A DNA stretch of 64,000 nt from an uncultured Gemmatimonadaceae bacterium (GTDB lineage: Bacteria; Gemmatimonadota; Gemmatimonadetes; Gemmatimonadales; Gemmatimonadaceae), in contig CAWJMB010000002.1 in assembly GCA_963843845.1 (NCBI GenBank), positions 224,001 through 288,000 of the forward strand, written 5' to 3'. This document shows, piece after piece, positions 62,660 through 64,000 of the stretch. A program made the translations under genes and the position numbers. The notes beneath the pieces were generated by a model, which worked only from the letters and a program-made list of their open reading frames with translations, was not told the origin of the DNA and ran no database searches. Position 1 is the stretch's first letter. Every line of letters starts with the position of its first letter.

Positions 62660-63633
62660 TCGGGGTGTGGATGGCTCTCGCTGCGTGCGGTCGCAGCGAC
62701 AGTGGTGATAGAGCGGACTCGGCAGCACCAGCACCGCGTGAGTTCAGTGTGGCGCTGCTGACGCCGGGGCCGATCACCGATCAGTCGTGGAACGCAGGCG
62801 CGTACAACGGGCTCAAGGAGATTCGCGACTCGCTCGGCGGGCAGATCAGCCACGTCCAGACGAAGACGCCCGCGGAGTTCGAGGAGAACTTCCGGCAGTA
62901 CGGCGCGCAGGGATACCAGCTCGTCTTCGGGCACGGCTTCGAGTTTCAGGACGCCGCACTGCGCGTCGCGCCCGAATATCCGAAGACGTTCTACGTCACG
63001 ACGTCGGGCAACTCGAAGGCGAGGAACGTCGCCGGACTGACGTTCGCGTTCGAGGAGGCCAGCTACCTCGCCGGAATGGTCGCCGGCGCGATGACGAAGT
63101 CGAACACCATCGGTGTCATCGGTGGGACGGAGCTCCCGCCGGTCAAGGCGAGCTTCGCGGCCTTCACGGCGGGAGCCAAGGCGACGAACCCGCGGGTGAC
63201 CGTCGTCTCGTCGTTCATCGGCAACTGGGACGACGTGAGCGCCGGGAAGGAGCAGGCGCTGGCGCAGATCGGGCGCGGCGCTGACGTCATCTTCCAGAAC
63301 GCGGACGCGGCCGGGCTCGGCGTGTTCCAGGCGGTGAAGGAACGCGGCAACGTCTGGGTCGTCGGATCGAACGCGAACCAGAACGCCATCGCGCCCGACG
63401 CGACGCTCGGGAGCGTCGTCATCGATCTGCCGAAGGCACTGATGCTCGTCGCGCGCGAGGTGAAGAGTGGCACGTTCCAACCGCGCGTCATCGCCCTCGG
63501 CCTGAAGGAGAACGTCGTGACCTGGGTCCCGAACTCGGCGCTCGACGGGCGCGTGCCCGCTGCGACGACGGCGGCGGTCGATTCGATGCGGCAGCGCATG
63601 ATCGCGGGAACGTTCACACTGCCGTCACCGTGA
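62626..63633 (+). CDS. BMP family ABC substrate-binding lipoprotein
   Basis: Lipobox LAAC; DQSWN..AY.GL, SYLAG..AG.MTKS, GADVIF; start uncertain. Confidence 0.9.
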   Translation: MLDRRLSTVVHIGVWMALAACGRSDSGDRADSAAPAPREFSVALLTPGPITDQSWNAGAYNGLKEIRDSLGGQISHVQTKTPAEFEENFRQYGAQGYQLVFGHGFEFQDAALRVAPEYPKTFYVTTSGNSKARNVAGLTFAFEEASYLAGMVAGAMTKSNTIGVIGGTELPPVKASFAAFTAGAKATNPRVTVVSSFIGNWDDVSAGKEQALAQIGRGADVIFQNADAAGLGVFQAVKERGNVWVVGSNANQNAIAPDATLGSVVIDLPKALMLVAREVKSGTFQPRVIALGLKENVVTWVPNSALDGRVPAATTAAVDSMRQRMIAGTFTLPSP

Positions 63634-64000
63634 CGACTGTGGCGCGACCCACCAGCGCCCCTCTTTCCGAGACGCGTCTCGCAGAGATCGTCCGCGCGCT
63701 CGACGACGAGCTACGTACGCACGAGCTACCCGACTTCGGCGGCGCCATGAACGGGTTGCAGTGCGCGAATAGTGGCACCGTCGAGCGGGTGGCGGTCGCC
63801 GTCGACTTCTCACGCGCGGCGATCGACGCGACGGTCGCCGCGGGCGCGTCGCTCCTCGTCGTGCACCACGGAATGTTCTGGAGCGGCGCGCAGCCGATCG
63901 TCGGTGCGTCGTACGAGCGGCTGCGAACGCTGCTAGCGCACGATGTCGCCGTCTACGCATCGCACCTCCCGCTCGACATGCACCCGACACTCGGCAACAA
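63630..64000 (+). CDS. Nif3-like dinuclear metal centre protein, partial and frameshifted
   Basis: NGLQ, VAVD, LLVVHHGMFW, YASHLPLDMHP.LGN; runs off the window. Confidence 0.85.
   Translation, partial: MTTVARPTSAPLSETRLAEIVRALDDELRTHELPDFGGAMNGLQCANSGTVERVAVAVDFSRAAIDATVAAGASLLVVHHGMFWSGAQPIVGASYERLRTLLAHDVAVYASHLPLDMHPTLGN

Overview
This is a high-GC bacterial chromosomal window. Gene content (GWxTD protein, rnpB, polA, mnmG-parA-parB) is consistent with a Gemmatimonadota-like organism, which is an inference. Many 1-bp frameshifts in otherwise intact genes look like long-read assembly errors. The right end is origin-proximal: mnmG, two parS sites, parA, parB and DnaA-box-like 9-mers. The middle is housekeeping and signalling: polA, rnpB, pyrE, csp, histidine kinases, an MCP, an ECF sigma/anti-sigma pair and peptidases. 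The most notable region is the left end. A DUF350 / membrane spermidine synthase / FAD-oxidoreductase operon appears split by a ~13.5 kb accessory block. That block begins with an integron platform lacking an integrase: an attI-like site with a putative promoter, a collapsed attC, and two gene cassettes (a Ser/Thr kinase with an unknown C-terminal domain, and MazEF) whose 5' core sites are perfectly complementary to their attC R'' sites. These are followed by decaying attC-like sites, an IS-end remnant and an HNH nuclease. Other observations include a TAAGT-N15-(A/G)(C/G)TTA palindrome at both the attI-like site and the origin-like region, a REP-like hairpin family with a conserved mismatch, an in-frame repeat-bounded insertion in PolA, and a miniature internally deleted lptF/G copy.
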